This document shows, in pieces, positions 1-13,842 of a DNA stretch of 64,000 nt. The number at the start of each line of letters is the position of its first letter. Position 1 is the first letter of the stretch. The notes under the pieces were generated by a model. That model saw only the letters and a program-made list of their open reading frames with translations. It searched no databases and was not told the origin of the DNA. Source of the stretch: Octopus sinensis (Eukaryota); the NCBI RefSeq assembly GCF_006345805.1, contig NC_043023.1:3844001-3908000 (forward strand), in the 5' to 3' direction. The position numbers and the translations under genes were made by a program.

Positions 1-420
1 AAGGGCTTCCACACATTCTTTCCGTCTACCTTGTGGCTATAAAAAATACACGCTTCGTCTAATACGACTTGAGATTGAACCCACGGCAACATTAAGAAGC
101 GAACATCTTCACCACCACGCCGTGTCGGCATATATACACGCACGCGCACGAGCACACATAGGCGGGATTCTGGTTTAAGAACCCCATACGACCCCTCATA
201 ACTTTTATCTTTTAGAATTTTCTGAAAATTTTCGCGAAATTGTACGATAATGCAAAAAAAAAAAGCCAAAAACAATATTTTTTGGTGCGTGATTTAATGT
301 TTATTTAGCTGTTATTTTTAGCATATCTAATGACCACCTCATACCATCCTCGTTTCTTTGTCAGTTTGATGTATTTAATGCTTTTCAAAATCCTTCTCTT
401 GATAAACACACTTAAGGTAC

Positions 421-671
421 TACTAGCGAACAGTGGTCCCAGTGCGCGCACTCGCGGATCCGCGCTAGCTAGTCGTAAGCAGTCGATCCTAAAACGACTT
501 TTTAACCCTAACCCTAGTTTATTCTTTTGTAAGCCCAGTACTTATTCTATCGGTCTTTTTTTGCCGAACTGCTAAGTAACGGGGACATAAACACACCAGC
601 ATCGGTTGTCAAGCAATGCTAGGGGGACAAACACAGATACACAAACCCATACACAAACATACATACATGTA

Positions 672-718
<47 letters not shown>

Positions 719-1062
719 ATATACGACGGGCTTCTTTCAGTTTCCGTCTACCAAATCCACTCACAAGGCTTTGGTCGGCCCAAGGCTATAGTAGAAGACA
801 CTTGCCCAAGGTGCCACGCAGTCGGACTGAACCCAGAACCATGTGGTTGGTAAACAAGCTACTCACCACAAAAATAATTTATTTACTTAGTTTAAAAAAT
901 TATTTACTTTGCCTTTTATTTACTTTGTTCGAAAAATATTATTTAATTTTCTTTGATATGTATTCAACCTTGAAATACAAACATACGCGCAAGTCATTGT
1001 AGGATCGACTACTTACGACTAACTAGCGTCAGTGCTCACACCAGACCACTATTCGCTAGTAG
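421..1062. mobile_element. TIR element interrupted by a SINE
   Basis: tactagcgaacagtggtc...gtcgatcct and aggatcgac...gaccactattcgctagta. Confidence 0.5.
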
Positions 1063-1155
1063 TATTTTTCACCCTTATTATTTTAAATTTATATTGGAAT
1101 GGTATAGGTATGGTGAAGCAAGCAGGGAAAATAGAACTCAAAATATGAATATGTG

Positions 1156-1714
1156 TATATTTCTATTAATATATTAGCAAAAGCAACAGTGATTCACGGG
1201 CCGAGAGTTTTGTGGGAGACCCACAACCAGCAGAATGGAGAAAAACATCATAGACGTGCATGCAGCCTTGAGGGGTAATCGTCGAATCCCCACACTTAAT
1301 GGTCTGTTGGTAGGATTTAACCCTAAAATTAGGGCTTACACTTATTCTATCAGTTCATCCCTGAATTGCTAAGTTATGGTGACAAAAGCACGAACATTGG
1401 TTGACAAGCAATGGAGTGGGATACTCACACCCACATACGCCAACGCACGCATACATTTACATATCTGTCTGTTTGTATTAAGCAGAGGCAACAGAGTGTC
1501 TCACGGACTGAAAATTTTGATTGATAATCATCTAAACTGAACTGTAACTAATCTGCAATGCTCTGATAACCCACGGATAGTGATTCGATGACTTCCCCTC
1601 ACGGCTGCATGCATATCTGTGATGTTTTTCTCCATTCTGCTGGTTACGGGTCACCCACAAAACTCTCGGCCCGTGAATCACCATTGCTTTTGCTAATATA
1701 TTAATAGAAATATA
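1156..1714. mobile_element. MITE-like inverted repeat with central insert
   Basis: Arms 1156-1287 and 1583-1714. Confidence 0.6.
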
Positions 1715-2871
1715 CGCAGGAGTGGCTGTGTGGTAAGTAGCTTGTTTACCAACCACATGGTTCTGGGTTCAGTCCCACTGCGTGGCACCTTGGACAAATG
1801 TCTTCTACTATAGCCTCAGGCCGACCAAAGCCTTGTCAGTGGATTTGGTAGACGGAAACTGAAAGAAGCCCGTCGTATATATGTATATGTATGCGTGCAT
1901 GCGTTTGTGTGTCTGTGTTTGTCCCCCTAGCATTGCTTGACAACCGGTGCTGGTGTGTTTATATCCCCGTTACTTAGCGGTTCGGCAAAAAGAGACCGAT
2001 AGAATAAATACTGGGCTTACAAAAAGAATAAGTCCCGGTGTCGAGTTGCTCGATTAAAGGTGGTGCTCCAGCATGGCCGCAGTCAAATGACTGAAACATG
2101 TAAAAGAGTAAAGAGAGTGGTCTAGCATATTAAAATCTGAAGATACAGAAAAATTGTACTACATACATATAAGAGGGATGACCACTAAGTGGACATCTAT
2201 TATGCTAGAAGTAGATCCGCTACGGTCTTACCACTAAGAAAGGAATGTTCTTAAGAAAATTTAGCAAACGCCAGAACATAATAAGCGAGCAAGACAAATT
2301 AAAAGAAACAAAATATAGATTAATCACAAACCGGTTTTGCTATTACCGCTTATGTAATTGGTTACGTAATTGTCCATAGCTCATCAGTATGATCGTCATA
2401 GCAAAATATAATTTGCAGAACTATACATATATATATCCCTATATATACTCTCTCTTTTACTCTTTTACTTGTTTCAGTCATTTGACTGCAGCCATGCTGG
2501 AGCACCACCTTTAGTCGAGCAAATCTACCCTGGGACTTATTCTTTGTAAGCCCAGTACTTATTCTATCGGTCTCTTTTGCCGAACTGCTAAGTGACGGGG
2601 ATGTAAACACACCAGCATCGGTTGTCAAGCAATGCTAGGGGGACAAACACACGCACACATACATACATACATATATATACATATATACAACAGGCTTCTT
2701 TTTTAGTTTCCGTCTACCAAATCCACTTACAAGGCTTTGGTCGGCCCGAGGCTATAGCAGAAGACACTTGCCTAAGATGCCAAGCAGTGGGACTGAACCC
2801 GGAACCATGTGGTTGGTTAGTAAGCTACTTACCACACAGCCACTCCTGCACCTATATATATATATGTGTGT

Positions 2872-3215
2872 GTGAAATCTGATCAATAAGTATCTGGACT
2901 GGTGCCATAGAAACAGAACTACAATATGTACCAATTTGGCATTTAATCTGCTTGAAATTAATCCCCTTCAGAAGCCACACACTTAATCCTGCACCGTTTC
3001 CATTGATGGAAGCATTCCTGGAACTAATTTTCTGGGATAATCAGCAGCTGCCTTGTTGCATTTGATTTTTGGAACGAGGAAAATGTTGCAAGGGGCAAGA
3101 TCTGGGGAATGCCATAGACCTACAATTCATCACCCCTTATGACCATTTTCACGAAGTTTTCATTTCTCTTGACACAATCAAGGAGATCTTGTGCAACTGA
3201 AACCTGGTTTGACTG
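2872..3215 (-). mobile_element. Decayed mariner 3' end
   Basis: - strand reads ...FQECFHQWKRCRIKCVASEGD*; TIR-like ctgatcaataagtatctggact at ~2879. Confidence 0.6.
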
Positions 3216-4477
3216 AGGACTGGTGAATCAGATGGCTCCACCAGGCTCCAATCTGATCTGGCAGAGTTTCTACAGCTGGATGCCCTTCCTAACGCCAACC
3301 ACTCCAAGAGTGTAGTGGGTGTTTTTATGTGCCACTGGCACGTGGGCCAGTCAGGCGGTACTGGCGACAGCCACGCTCAGATGGTGTTTTTTTATGTGCC
3401 ACCTGCACAGGAGCCAGTCCAGGTGCTTTTTACGTGCCACCGGCACTGGTATCACAACTACTATTTCCATTGATATTTATTTACACATACACACACTTGT
3501 TCATTCATTCATTTGTGCATTTATTAATTTACTAGCTTAAAAGAATAAGTCCTGGGGTCGATTTGCTCGACTAAAGGCAGTGCTCCAGCATGGCCGCAGT
3601 CAAAATGACTGAAACGAGTAAAAGAGTAAGAAAATAAATATAATTAAGGGTTAAGCAACAAGTTGCTTCACCACATACCGAAAATTTAGAAATAGCAGCC
3701 AAAAGACAACCCATTTCTTTTCGCTACAAAATATGACTCCACAGATAACAATATTTGTAACTGACATAGGTAAAAAGAGGGAAAATAATGAAATCAAACC
3801 AGTCTCTCTGTTGTTTGACAGGTGCTGCCTAAGTGATATCATACAGCATTTGAGTGCGGTTTGCACTGATCTCAGGCCTCTACCACCTTCATTTCTTCTG
3901 TCTGTCTGTTTGTATGTATAGCCCAAGTGCTTTTGTTTATTTGCATTGTTATTTCCATATCTATTCACCTGTATTCCTCTCACGGCCACTCATTACCATA
4001 CAGACTTAGTGTAAATTCAATCCATTTGAGTGCTACTCATTTCTCTATCGAGAATCTCTTAGATCTCATCTATTGACTCACTCTGTTTATAATAAATATA
4101 AAATGGATCTTACATCCATTTTATATGTATTATCCTTATGGTATTATCTTACTTATTGGTGTATATTGTTTTATTGTCTTATTCTGTTGGATTTGGATGT
4201 TCCTATTTATTCTAAATAATTAGTTAATAAATTATATGAATTGGTATTATCTGGAAGTTGATGATTGAAAGGAATCTATTCCTCTATTTTCTTATTTGTA
4301 TTATGAATTTGAGGTAAAACATTTTACCTTCGCCCATATAATACAATAAATGAACTAATTGCACTGCAATTCTTAGCATTTATGTATTAGCCTTCTGGGT
4401 ACTTTACTGGCAGGATATTGGATAAATGATATCCCATAGTGGGTTACACTCATAACCCCTATCTCACTTTGTACTTT

Positions 4478-4569
<92 letters not shown>

Positions 4570-4572
4570 TAT

Positions 4573-5345
4573 ATTATTTACATTTGACAGATATTTGTCC
4601 TCATCTTGTTTAACACGTTTCGGCTGATATACCCTCCAGCCTTCTTCAGGGGTCTTAGGGAAATTTTGAACCTGGGTTCTCATTCCTAAGGTATTTTTCG
4701 ATGTTGTTGTTATTATTATTATTATTATTAATATTATTATTGAGTGAGAGAGCAGTGCATGCCATCAAAGTGACACTAGGGTAAAATATACGAAGCCCAG
4801 TATACCCATCATGACTACCCATCTGATAAGGGTACACCAGGCACATGCATCACAACCTTATGTGCGCGACATGGTGATCTCATATCATGATAAACAGCAC
4901 ATGACCTTGCAGGTGGGGCCCAGTTGGAATTTTCTTTTGATCGAGTAACCCATCCCACTCAAAAGTTCCCTGAATAAGGGTTTTTTAAGGATGTTGAACG
5001 AAACACCTGTGTTTCCAGAGGTGAATTATTCAAACCCCAAAGAATTCCTCTCAACCCATGGCTATGATGGCTCCCCTACTACTTCTGCTTGTGATCAGAG
5101 ATGCACATATTTTCAGTCGCTAAGGAACATTATTATTGGTGTTGTTGTTGTTGTTGTTGTTGTTATTAATAATGATAATAATAATATTAACAACAACATT
5201 GAAATATGCCTTAGGAATGCGGACCCAGGTTCGAAATTTCCCCGAAGACACCTGATGAAGGCTGGAGGGTATATCAGCTGAAACATTGTGTTAAGAACAA
5301 ACAAGATGAGGACAAATATCCATCAAATGTAAATAATTCCTTATC
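4573..5345. mobile_element. Inverted-arm element with HHR-like motifs and a central insert
   Basis: 4573-4740 is the reverse complement of 5150-5345; a third arm lies at 56690-56820. Confidence 0.6.
5247..5292 (+). ncRNA. Atypical hammerhead-like motif (partly decayed)
   Basis: GACAC CUGAUGA A GGCUG..CAGCU GAA ACAU U GUGUU; relatives on - strand near 4612-4655 and 56722-56765. Confidence 0.45.
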
Positions 5346-5359
5346 TCTTAAATATAGGA

Positions 5360-5392
<33 letters not shown>

Positions 5393-5396
<4 letters not shown>

Positions 5397-6270
5397 GGGT
5401 TATTCAAATTGAATGAACTGATTTCATTATGCAATATTTTAATAAGGAAAAGCAACAGAAAACTCCAGCGAAGTCCCAAGTATTTACTCACAATCAACTT
5501 TTATTTCCTGTCTTTGTAAGCCCAGTACTTATTGTATCGGTCTCTTTTGCTGAACCGCTAAGGTACGGGGACACAAACACACCAGCATCGGTTGTCAAGC
5601 GATGCTAGGGGGACAAACACAGACACAGAAACACACACGCACATATATATATATATGACGGGCTTCTTTCAGTTTCCGTCTACCAAATCCACTCACAAGG
5701 CTTTGGTCGGCCCGAGGCTATAGTAGAAGACACTTGCTCAAGGTGCCATGTGGTTGGTAAGTAAGCTACTTACCACACAGCCACTCCTGCGCCTATATAT
5801 ATATATATATATAGATATATATATATATATATATACAGAGGGTTATTCAGATAGAATGAACTGATTTCATTATGCTACATTTTAATAAAGAAAAGCATAT
5901 CAATAATAAGGTATCAGCATATCAAAAGCAAGCTTATTATGGAACTAAAAAAATAAATTTGCTTTGCTTGAGGCGATTCCAGAAGATATTGACATAGAAG
6001 GGACATGGAAAAACTTTGATAAAGCATTCAACCAGACAGCCAAAGAAGTACTCAGTGGATCGTGATATGCTGATGCGCACCTGGGAGGAATTCTCATATC
6101 GCATTTATGCTGCCCGTGCTGCAGGTGGTGGCCACATTGAACACTTGTAAGACAAGAAATAAAAGTTGATTGTGAGTAAATACTTGTGACTCGGCTGGAG
6201 TTTTCTCTTGCTTTACCTTATTAAAATATTGCATAGTGAAATTGGTTCATTCTTTTTGAATAACCCTCTG
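5393..6270 (+). mobile_element. Internally deleted Tc1/mariner element with SINE insertion and duplicated left end
   Basis: TA|cagagggttattc at 5393 and 5836, inverse gaataaccctctg ending at 6270; 6061-6150 encodes RDMLMRTWEEFSYRIYAARAAGGGHIEHL*. Confidence 0.75.
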
Positions 6271-6431
6271 TCTTCCCTTCTCCTATGTTTCCGACGAAGA
6301 GCTCCGCTCGAAACGTTAAACCCTCCTTCTTTCCTGAGCGTCCAATAATACTATATTTGTTCCACGTCCTCACGTTGTTGTGTTTTTTTGTGCTTTCTTG
6401 TTTAGATTAACTTTATATATATATATATATA

Positions 6432-6593
6432 GGTGCAGGAGTGGCTGTGTGGTAAGTAGCTTGCTTACCAACCACATGGTTCCGGGTTCAGTCCCACTGC
6501 GTGGCACCTTGGGCAAGTGTCTTCTACTATAGCCTCGGGCTGACCAAAGCCTTGTGAGTGGATTTGGTAGACGGAAACTGAAAGAAGCCCGTC

Positions 6594-6644
<51 letters not shown>

Positions 6645-6858
6645 TTGTGTCTGTGTTTGTCCCACTAGCATTGCTTGACAACCAATGCTGGTGTGTTTAT
6701 GTCCCCGTAACTTAGCGGTTCGGCAAAGAGACCGATACAATAAGTACTGGGCTTACAAAGAATAAGTCCCGGGGTCGAGTTGCTCGATTAAAGGTGGTGC
6801 TCCAGCATGGCCGCAGTCAAATGACTGAAACAAGTAAAAGAGTAAAGAGTAAAAGAGT
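6432..6858 (+). mobile_element. tRNA-derived SINE (dominant family; representative copy)
   Basis: Head ggagtggctgtgtggtaag...ggttcagtccc, central (TA)n, tail ...gactgaaacaagtaaaagagta; more than 20 full or partial copies in the window. Confidence 0.85.
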
Positions 6859-7238
6859 ATATATACACACACACACCTTCTGTGCCCTATCAGTATTTGC
6901 AGAGGGAAGCCATCCTTCCCATCTCCAACCTGACATGATACACAGGGACCCGAGTTTCTGAGTATTGTCCTGTCATCAGCGTGTGACAACTACCAGTTGG
7001 AGACGGGAAGTGATTCTCAATGCGTATATATATATATAAATATATATATATAGTTAATCCAAACATGAAAACACAAAGAGAAAACACAACGCGAGGACGT
7101 GGAACAAGTATAGTGTTATTGGATGCTCAGGAAACGAAGGAAAGAAGGAGGGTTTAATGTTTTGAGCGGAGCTCTTCGTCAGAAAGAAAGGAAAAGGGAA
7201 GACAGAGGAAAAAAAATCGCCAACAATACACACGTGGT

Positions 7239-7295
<57 letters not shown>

Positions 7296-7876
7296 CCTTT
7301 TTCCAGTGATGAAAAGCCACTGATCTCAAGGGCAAATTCCAGTTGTTTCCTCTTGGAGTTACATCTGCTTATTCCATTATTACAATCCAATATGTAATCT
7401 CATGTATGTAATATGTAATAGCATGTGACAATCACTGGTTGTCGCTGTGAAGTGGTTCCCAATACAAACACATATGTCCCTTTTCCAGTGACGAGATGTC
7501 ATTGATCTCAAATAAGTGTAAACAAGCAGAGGTTTATTATTTACACAGTCAAATAACTGAAACAAGTAAAAGAGTAAAAGACTATATAAACCTATATGCA
7601 TATTTGTATACAGAAATATTAGTCCATATAGGCAAGCATATACAAACACTAATACACGCAAGCACACATTTACACACACATAATATACCATATACTATAT
7701 CATCATCGTTTAACGTCCGCTTTCCATGCTAGCATGGGTTGGACGATTCGACTGGGGTCTGGGAAGCCAGAAGGCTGCTTCAGGCCCAGTCTGATCTGGC
7801 AGTGTTTCTACGGCTGGATGCCCTTCCTAACGCCAACCACTCCATGAGTGTAGTGGGTGCTTTTTACATGCCACCG

Positions 7877-7969
<93 letters not shown>

Positions 7970-7970
7970 T

Positions 7971-8256
7971 GTGGAGGCGCAATGGCCCAGTGGTTAGGGC
8001 AGCAGACTCACGGTCGTAGGATCGCGGTTTCGATTCCCAGACCGGGCATTGTGAGTGTTTATTGAGCGCAAACACCTAAAAGCTCCACGATGCTCCGGCA
8101 GGGGGTGGTGATCCCTGCTGTACTCTTTCACCACTTTTTCTTCTGTTGGCCTGCTCGCTTAGCCAGCGGGGTGGCGTCATTTGAAGGCTAGAACAATGCG
8201 AACGCATTGTGACCAGCGATGTGTAACAACATCTGATGGCCTGGTCGGTCACGTGA
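7971..8256 (+). mobile_element. Second tRNA-derived SINE family
   Basis: ggcgcaatggcccagtggttagg...ggtttcgattccc; relatives at 8720-9040, 50475-50770, 50815-51095 and 52605-52890. Confidence 0.75.
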
Positions 8257-8360
8257 TATATATACACACACACACACATATACATATGTATGACCTCGTG
8301 TGTACCGTTGGCAATTTTTTTTCCTCTGTCTTCCCTTCTCTGGATCTTTCCTTCTCCTAT

Positions 8361-8395
8361 GTTTCTGACGAAGAGCTCCGCTCGAAACGTTAAAC
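8361..8395 (+). ncRNA. Atypical 35-nt minimal hammerhead-like motif
   Basis: GUUU CUGACGA A GAGC-UCC-GCUC GAA ACGU U AAAC; relatives at 6287-6321 (+), 7152-7186 (-) and 25647-25682 (-). Confidence 0.55.
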
Positions 8396-9170
8396 CCTCC
8401 TTCTTTCCTGAGGGTCCAATAATACTATATTTGTTCCACGTCCTTGCATTGTTGTGTTTTTTTGTGCTTTCATGTTTGGATTAACTTTATATATATATAT
8501 ATAAAGTATTAGAAAAAACCCACCTTTTATCAATTCAAAATGAATAATTAATTACACCATCTAGAAAATTACATATAATAGAAAAGTTAAAATTAAAATA
8601 ACAATTAAAAAGTAAAGATTAAGTAAATTACAAGAATAATATAATGTATTATATTATTGTAAGTTTGGATTTTATTCCCGCAAATAATAATTTTATATAT
8701 ATGTGTGTGTGTGTGTGTGTGTGGAAGCGCAATAGCCCAGTGTTAGGGCAGTGGACTCGCAGTCGTAGGATCGCGGTTTCGATTCCCAGACTGGGCATTG
8801 TGAGTGTTTATTGAGCGAAAACATCTAAAGCTCCACAAGGCTCCGACAGGGGATGGTGGTGAATCCTGCTGTACCCTTTCACCACAACTTCCTCTCACTC
8901 TTACTTCCTGTTTCTGTTGTACGTGTATTTCAAAGGGCCAGCCTTGTCACAATCTGTGTCACACTGAATCTCCCCGAGAACTATGTTAAGGGTACACATG
9001 TCTGTGGAGTATTCAGCCACTTGCACGTTAATAAATGAGTTGCGACATCACTGGTGCCAAGCTGTATCGGCCCCTTTGCTTTTCCCTTGGATAACATCGG
9101 TGGCATGGAGAGGGGAGGTGTGTATGCATACAAAGCTGCTGTTGTCTGTGTATATATATACATATATATA

Positions 9171-9403
9171 TATACAAAGAAGTAAATATATGGCACAACG
9201 AAGTACCGATATTTACCTTTTCCAGGTATTTCATCTTTTAGATGTTCTCCCTGGAGGTAAGACAATTTTTTCTAGTTTGTTGCACACACGCATTTTTGCT
9301 AGTACATACGCAGTGAAGCTATACATTAGCGTCGTATTATTACGTTCACTATTTCCAGTAAGTATCGGTACTTCGTTGTGCCATATATTTACTTCTTTGT
9401 ATA
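9171..9403. mobile_element. Small TIR element
   Basis: ~45-bp inverted ends; the internal part recurs inverted at 29760-29860. Confidence 0.5.
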
Positions 9404-9472
9404 TTTTTCCCTTGCGGGCTGTTCTTTACTGGAAGGCAATACTCTAGTATTGCATTACTAATATATATATAT

Positions 9473-12220
9473 AAATTTAACCTTTTTAGGCTACTTTCAA
9501 GCCTTCGCCATAACTTGATTTATCTTTCTATCTCTCTCTCTACAAAATTTAACCTTAGGCCGGGCTACCTCAAGCCGTAATCCTATCTCTTCTCATCTCT
9601 CATCCATTGGCGGTCTTTTTTTCCTCCTCTCACCATTACGATTCTATAATTTAAATTCCCAATTCAATTTCAACTCCCGTTCGATGTCCGCAGCAAGTTC
9701 TTAAAAATTTATCTTACTATTTTATTCGTTGTTACTACGTTTCTTCATACATTGTTACGAAAATTTAACCTTTTTAGGCTACTTTCAAGCCTTCGCCATA
9801 ACTTGATTTATCTTTCTATCTCTCTCTCTACAAAATTTAACCTTAGGCGGGCTACCTCAAGCCGTAATCCTATCTCTTCTCATCTCTCAGCCATTGGCGG
9901 TCTTTTTTTCCTCCTCCCTCACCATTACGATTCTATAATTTAAATTCCCAATTCAATTTCAACTCCCGTTCGATGTCCGCAGCAAGTTCTTAAAAATTTA
10001 TCTTACTATTTTATTCGTTGTTACTACGTTTCTTCATACATTGTTACGAAAATTTAACCTTTTTAGGCTACTTTCAAGCCTTCGCCATAACTTGATTTAT
10101 CTTTCTATCTCTCTCTCTCTACAAAATTTAACCTTAGGCCAGGCTACCTCAAGCCGTAATCCTATCTCTTCTCATCTCTCTCAGCCATTGGCGGTCTTTT
10201 TTTCCTCCTCTCACCATTACGATTCTATAATTTAAATTCCCAATTCAATTTCAACTCCCGTTCGATGTCCGCAGCAAGTTCTTAAAAATTTATCTTACTA
10301 TTTTATTCGTTGTTACTACGTTTCTTCATACATTGTTACGAAAATTTAACCTTTTTAGGCTACTTTCAAGCCTTCGCCATAACTTGATTTATCTTTCTAT
10401 CTCTCTCTCTACAAAATTTAACCTTAGGCCAGGCTACCTCAAGCCGTAATCCTATCTCTTCTCATCTCTCAGCCATTGGCGGTCTTTTTTTCCTCCTCTC
10501 ACCATTACGATTCTATAATTTAAATTCCCAATTCAATTTCAACTCCCGTTCGATGTCCGCAGCAAGTTCTTAAAAATTATCTTACTATTTTATTCGTTGT
10601 ACTACGTTTCGTTTCTTCATACATTGTTACGAAAATTTAACCTTTTTAGGCTACTTTCAAGCCTTCGCCATAACTTGATTTATCTTTCTATCTCTCTCTC
10701 TACAAAATTAACCTTAGGCCAGGCTACCTCAAGCCGTAATCCTATCTCTTCTCATCTCTCTCTCAGCCATTGGCGGTCTTTTTTTCCTCCTCTCACCATT
10801 ACGATTCTATAATTTAAATTCCAATTCAATTTCAACTCCCGTTCGATGTCCGCAGCAAGTTCTTAAAAATTTATCTTACTATTTTATTCGTTGTTACTAC
10901 GTTTCTTCATACATTGTTACGAAAATTTAACCTTTTTAGGCTACTTTCAAGCCTTCGCCATAACTTGATTTATCTTTCTATCTCTCTCTCTACAAAATTT
11001 AACCTTAGGCCGGCTACCTCAAGCCGTAATCCTATCCTCTTTCTCATCTCTCAGCCATTGGCGGTCTTTTTTTCCTCCTCTCACCATTACGATTCTATAA
11101 TTTAAATTCCCAATTCAATTTCAACTCCCGTTCGATGTCCGCAGCAAGTTCTTAAAAATTTATCTTACTATTTTATTCGTTGTTACTACGTTTCTTCATA
11201 CATTGTTACGAAAATTTAACCTTTTTAGGCTACTTTCAAGCCTTCGCCATAACTTGATTTATCTTTCTATCTCTCTCTCTACAAAATTTAACCTTAGGCC
11301 GGGCTACCTCAAGCCGTAATCCTATCTCTTCTCATCTCTCAGCCATTGGCGGTCTTTTTTCCTCCTCTCACCATTACGATTCTATAATTTAAATTCCCAA
11401 TTCAATTTCAACTCCCGTTCGATGTCCGCAGCAAGTTCTTAAAAATTTATCTTACTATTTTATTCGTTGTTACTACGTTTCTTCATACATTGTTACTGTT
11501 ACGAAAATTTAACCTTTTTAGGCTACTTTCAAGCCTTCGCCATAACTTGATTTATCTTTCTATCTCTCTCTCTACAAAATTAACCTTAGGCCGGGCTACC
11601 TCAAGCCGTAATCCTATCTCTTCTCATCTCTCAGCCATTGGCGGTCTTTTTTTTCCTCCTCTCACCATTACGATTCTATAATTTAAATTCCCAATTCAAT
11701 TTCAACTCCCGTTCGATGTCCCAGCAAGTTCTTAAAAATTTATCTTACTATTTTATTCGTTGTTACTACGTTTCTTCATACATTGTTACGAAAATTTAAC
11801 CTTTTTAGGCTACTTTCAAGCCTTCGCCATAACTTGATTTATCTTTCTATCTCTCTCTCTACAAAATTTAACCTTAGGCCGGGCTACCTCAAGCCGTAAT
11901 CCTATCTCTTCTCATCTCTCAGCCATTGGCGGTCTTTTTTTCCTCCTCTCACCATTACGATTCTATAATTTAAATTCCCAATTCAATTTCAACTCCCGTT
12001 CGATGTCCGCAGCAAGTTCTTAAAAATTTATCTTACTATTTTATTCGTTGTTACTACGTTTCTTCATACATTGTTACGAAAATTTAACCTTTTTAGGCTA
12101 CTTTCAAGCCTTCGCCATAACTTGATTTATCTTTCTATCTCTCTCTCTACAAAATTTAACCTTAGGCCGGGCTACCTCAAGCCGTAATCCTATCTCTTCT
12201 CATCTCTCAGCCATTGGCGG
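9473..12220. repeat. ~289-bp tandem satellite, ~9.5 near-identical units
   Basis: Unit starts at 9473, 9761, 10050, 10342, 10633, 10923, 11212, 11505, 11792 and 12080; preceded by (TA)n. Confidence 0.95.
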
Positions 12221-13280
12221 TGCGCCCGCCCCCCCACCCCCACCACCAATACCGATGAACACTGTTCTCACCCCCACCACCAATACCGGTGAACTCTGTT
12301 CCTCACCCCCCACCACCAATACCAGTATACCCTGTCCTCACCATCTACACCGGATACGCCTTACTCATCTACACCGGGTACCCCCTACTCCCTCCTCCTC
12401 CCCCCACTACCCCTTCTCCTCATATGCTTTCACTGTGAAAAGACAAGCTGCTAGCGCCATAGCTCATCAACTGCCCACCGATCTTATGCTTCCTCCTGAC
12501 ACTGCCTCATTCCGACTATCCCCTTTAGCACCCTCCCGCCTCGTAATATCCTACGTTTTTATTTCTTAGGAACCTACACCAACCCTTCCTGCCATCGTTC
12601 CTCCTTACCCCAACCTTCCCCACTGGTTGCTCCCCTATATTACCCGCCTCAACTGGACCCCCCCCTCTCCCCAACTCAACTCTAGAATATCTGTATTCTT
12701 TCCTTTACCTAATAACGTTACTCAGTGACGATAACGAATGTCTTTATTTCTTAGGAACCTACACCAACCCTTCCTACCATCGTTCCTCCTTACCCCAACC
12801 TTCCCCACTGGTTGCCCTCCTATATTACCCGCCTCAACTGGACCTCCCCCTCCCCAACTCAACTCTAGAATATCTGTATTTCTTTCCTCTACCTAATACG
12901 TTACTCAGTGACGATAAATGCTGTGACTACAAAGACCCGGGCTGCTTTTCTGCAGCAATTCCACATACCCCCTACTCATTCTAAGTACCCCGGATCCCCA
13001 AAGTACCCGGACCTCGTTGCCCATGTGCCGCTGACACGTTAAAATGCTCGAACCGATCGTGACGATGCCGGACCCTCCGGCCCCTGTGCAGGTGGCACGT
13101 AAAAAGCACCCAATCCACTCACGGAGTGGTTGGCGTTAGGAAGGGCATCCAGCCGTAGAAACTCTGCCAGATTCAGACTGGAGCCTGGTGCGGCCCTTGG
13201 CTTCCCAGACCCGGTCAAACCGTCCAACCCGTGCTAGCGCGGAAAGCGGACGTTAAACGATGATGATGATGATGATGATG

Positions 13281-13314
<34 letters not shown>

Positions 13315-13393
13315 GTATGTATGTATATGTATGTATGTATATGTATGTATGTATATGTATGTATGTATATGTATGTATGTATATGTATGTATG

Positions 13394-13434
<41 letters not shown>

Positions 13435-13460
13435 GTATATATATATATATATATAAATAA

Positions 13461-13842
13461 ATAAAGCTGAAGTTGTCTGTGTATGGCAGGTTTGGTAGCC
13501 TTCAACTAACACTATCTCCTCTGAGACACTGTGGCACAAGTTGACCAAAATTGAGAGTATGATAGAAGAAGGCTTGCTCTTCCTTCCGTAGAAGATAAAA
13601 TTCAAATCGGACCATGTTAACACCAAAAATTATTTACATCAAAAAGGTGCTTTTTTTTCTATGAAAATCCCTATTTTTAATGATTTTTTGACTGCTGTGT
13701 CGCCATTTTTCGGTGTATTTCGACCAGAAAAATGTTCATTTAAAGAGAATAACAAGCTACATAATGCAAAATTTTTACTTTTCAAAAATTCCAATTCTAA
13801 AGGGTCGAAACAAACCCAAGCAATACCGGGCGATACTGCTAG
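13461..13842 (+). mobile_element. Non-autonomous Helitron-like element
   Basis: Starts ataaagctgaagttgtctgtgt; GC-rich subterminal motif then CTAG|T. Confidence 0.65.

Noticed and set aside
9242-9256. ag|ATGTTCTCCCTGGAG|gtaag as ADK exon 1
   Set aside because: It is phase 0 whereas the next exon needs phase 2, and it lies in a repeat that recurs at 29760-29860.
9752-11681. Repeated MLRKFNLFRLLSS... ORFs
   Set aside because: Products of the 289-bp satellite; frames break differently in each unit.
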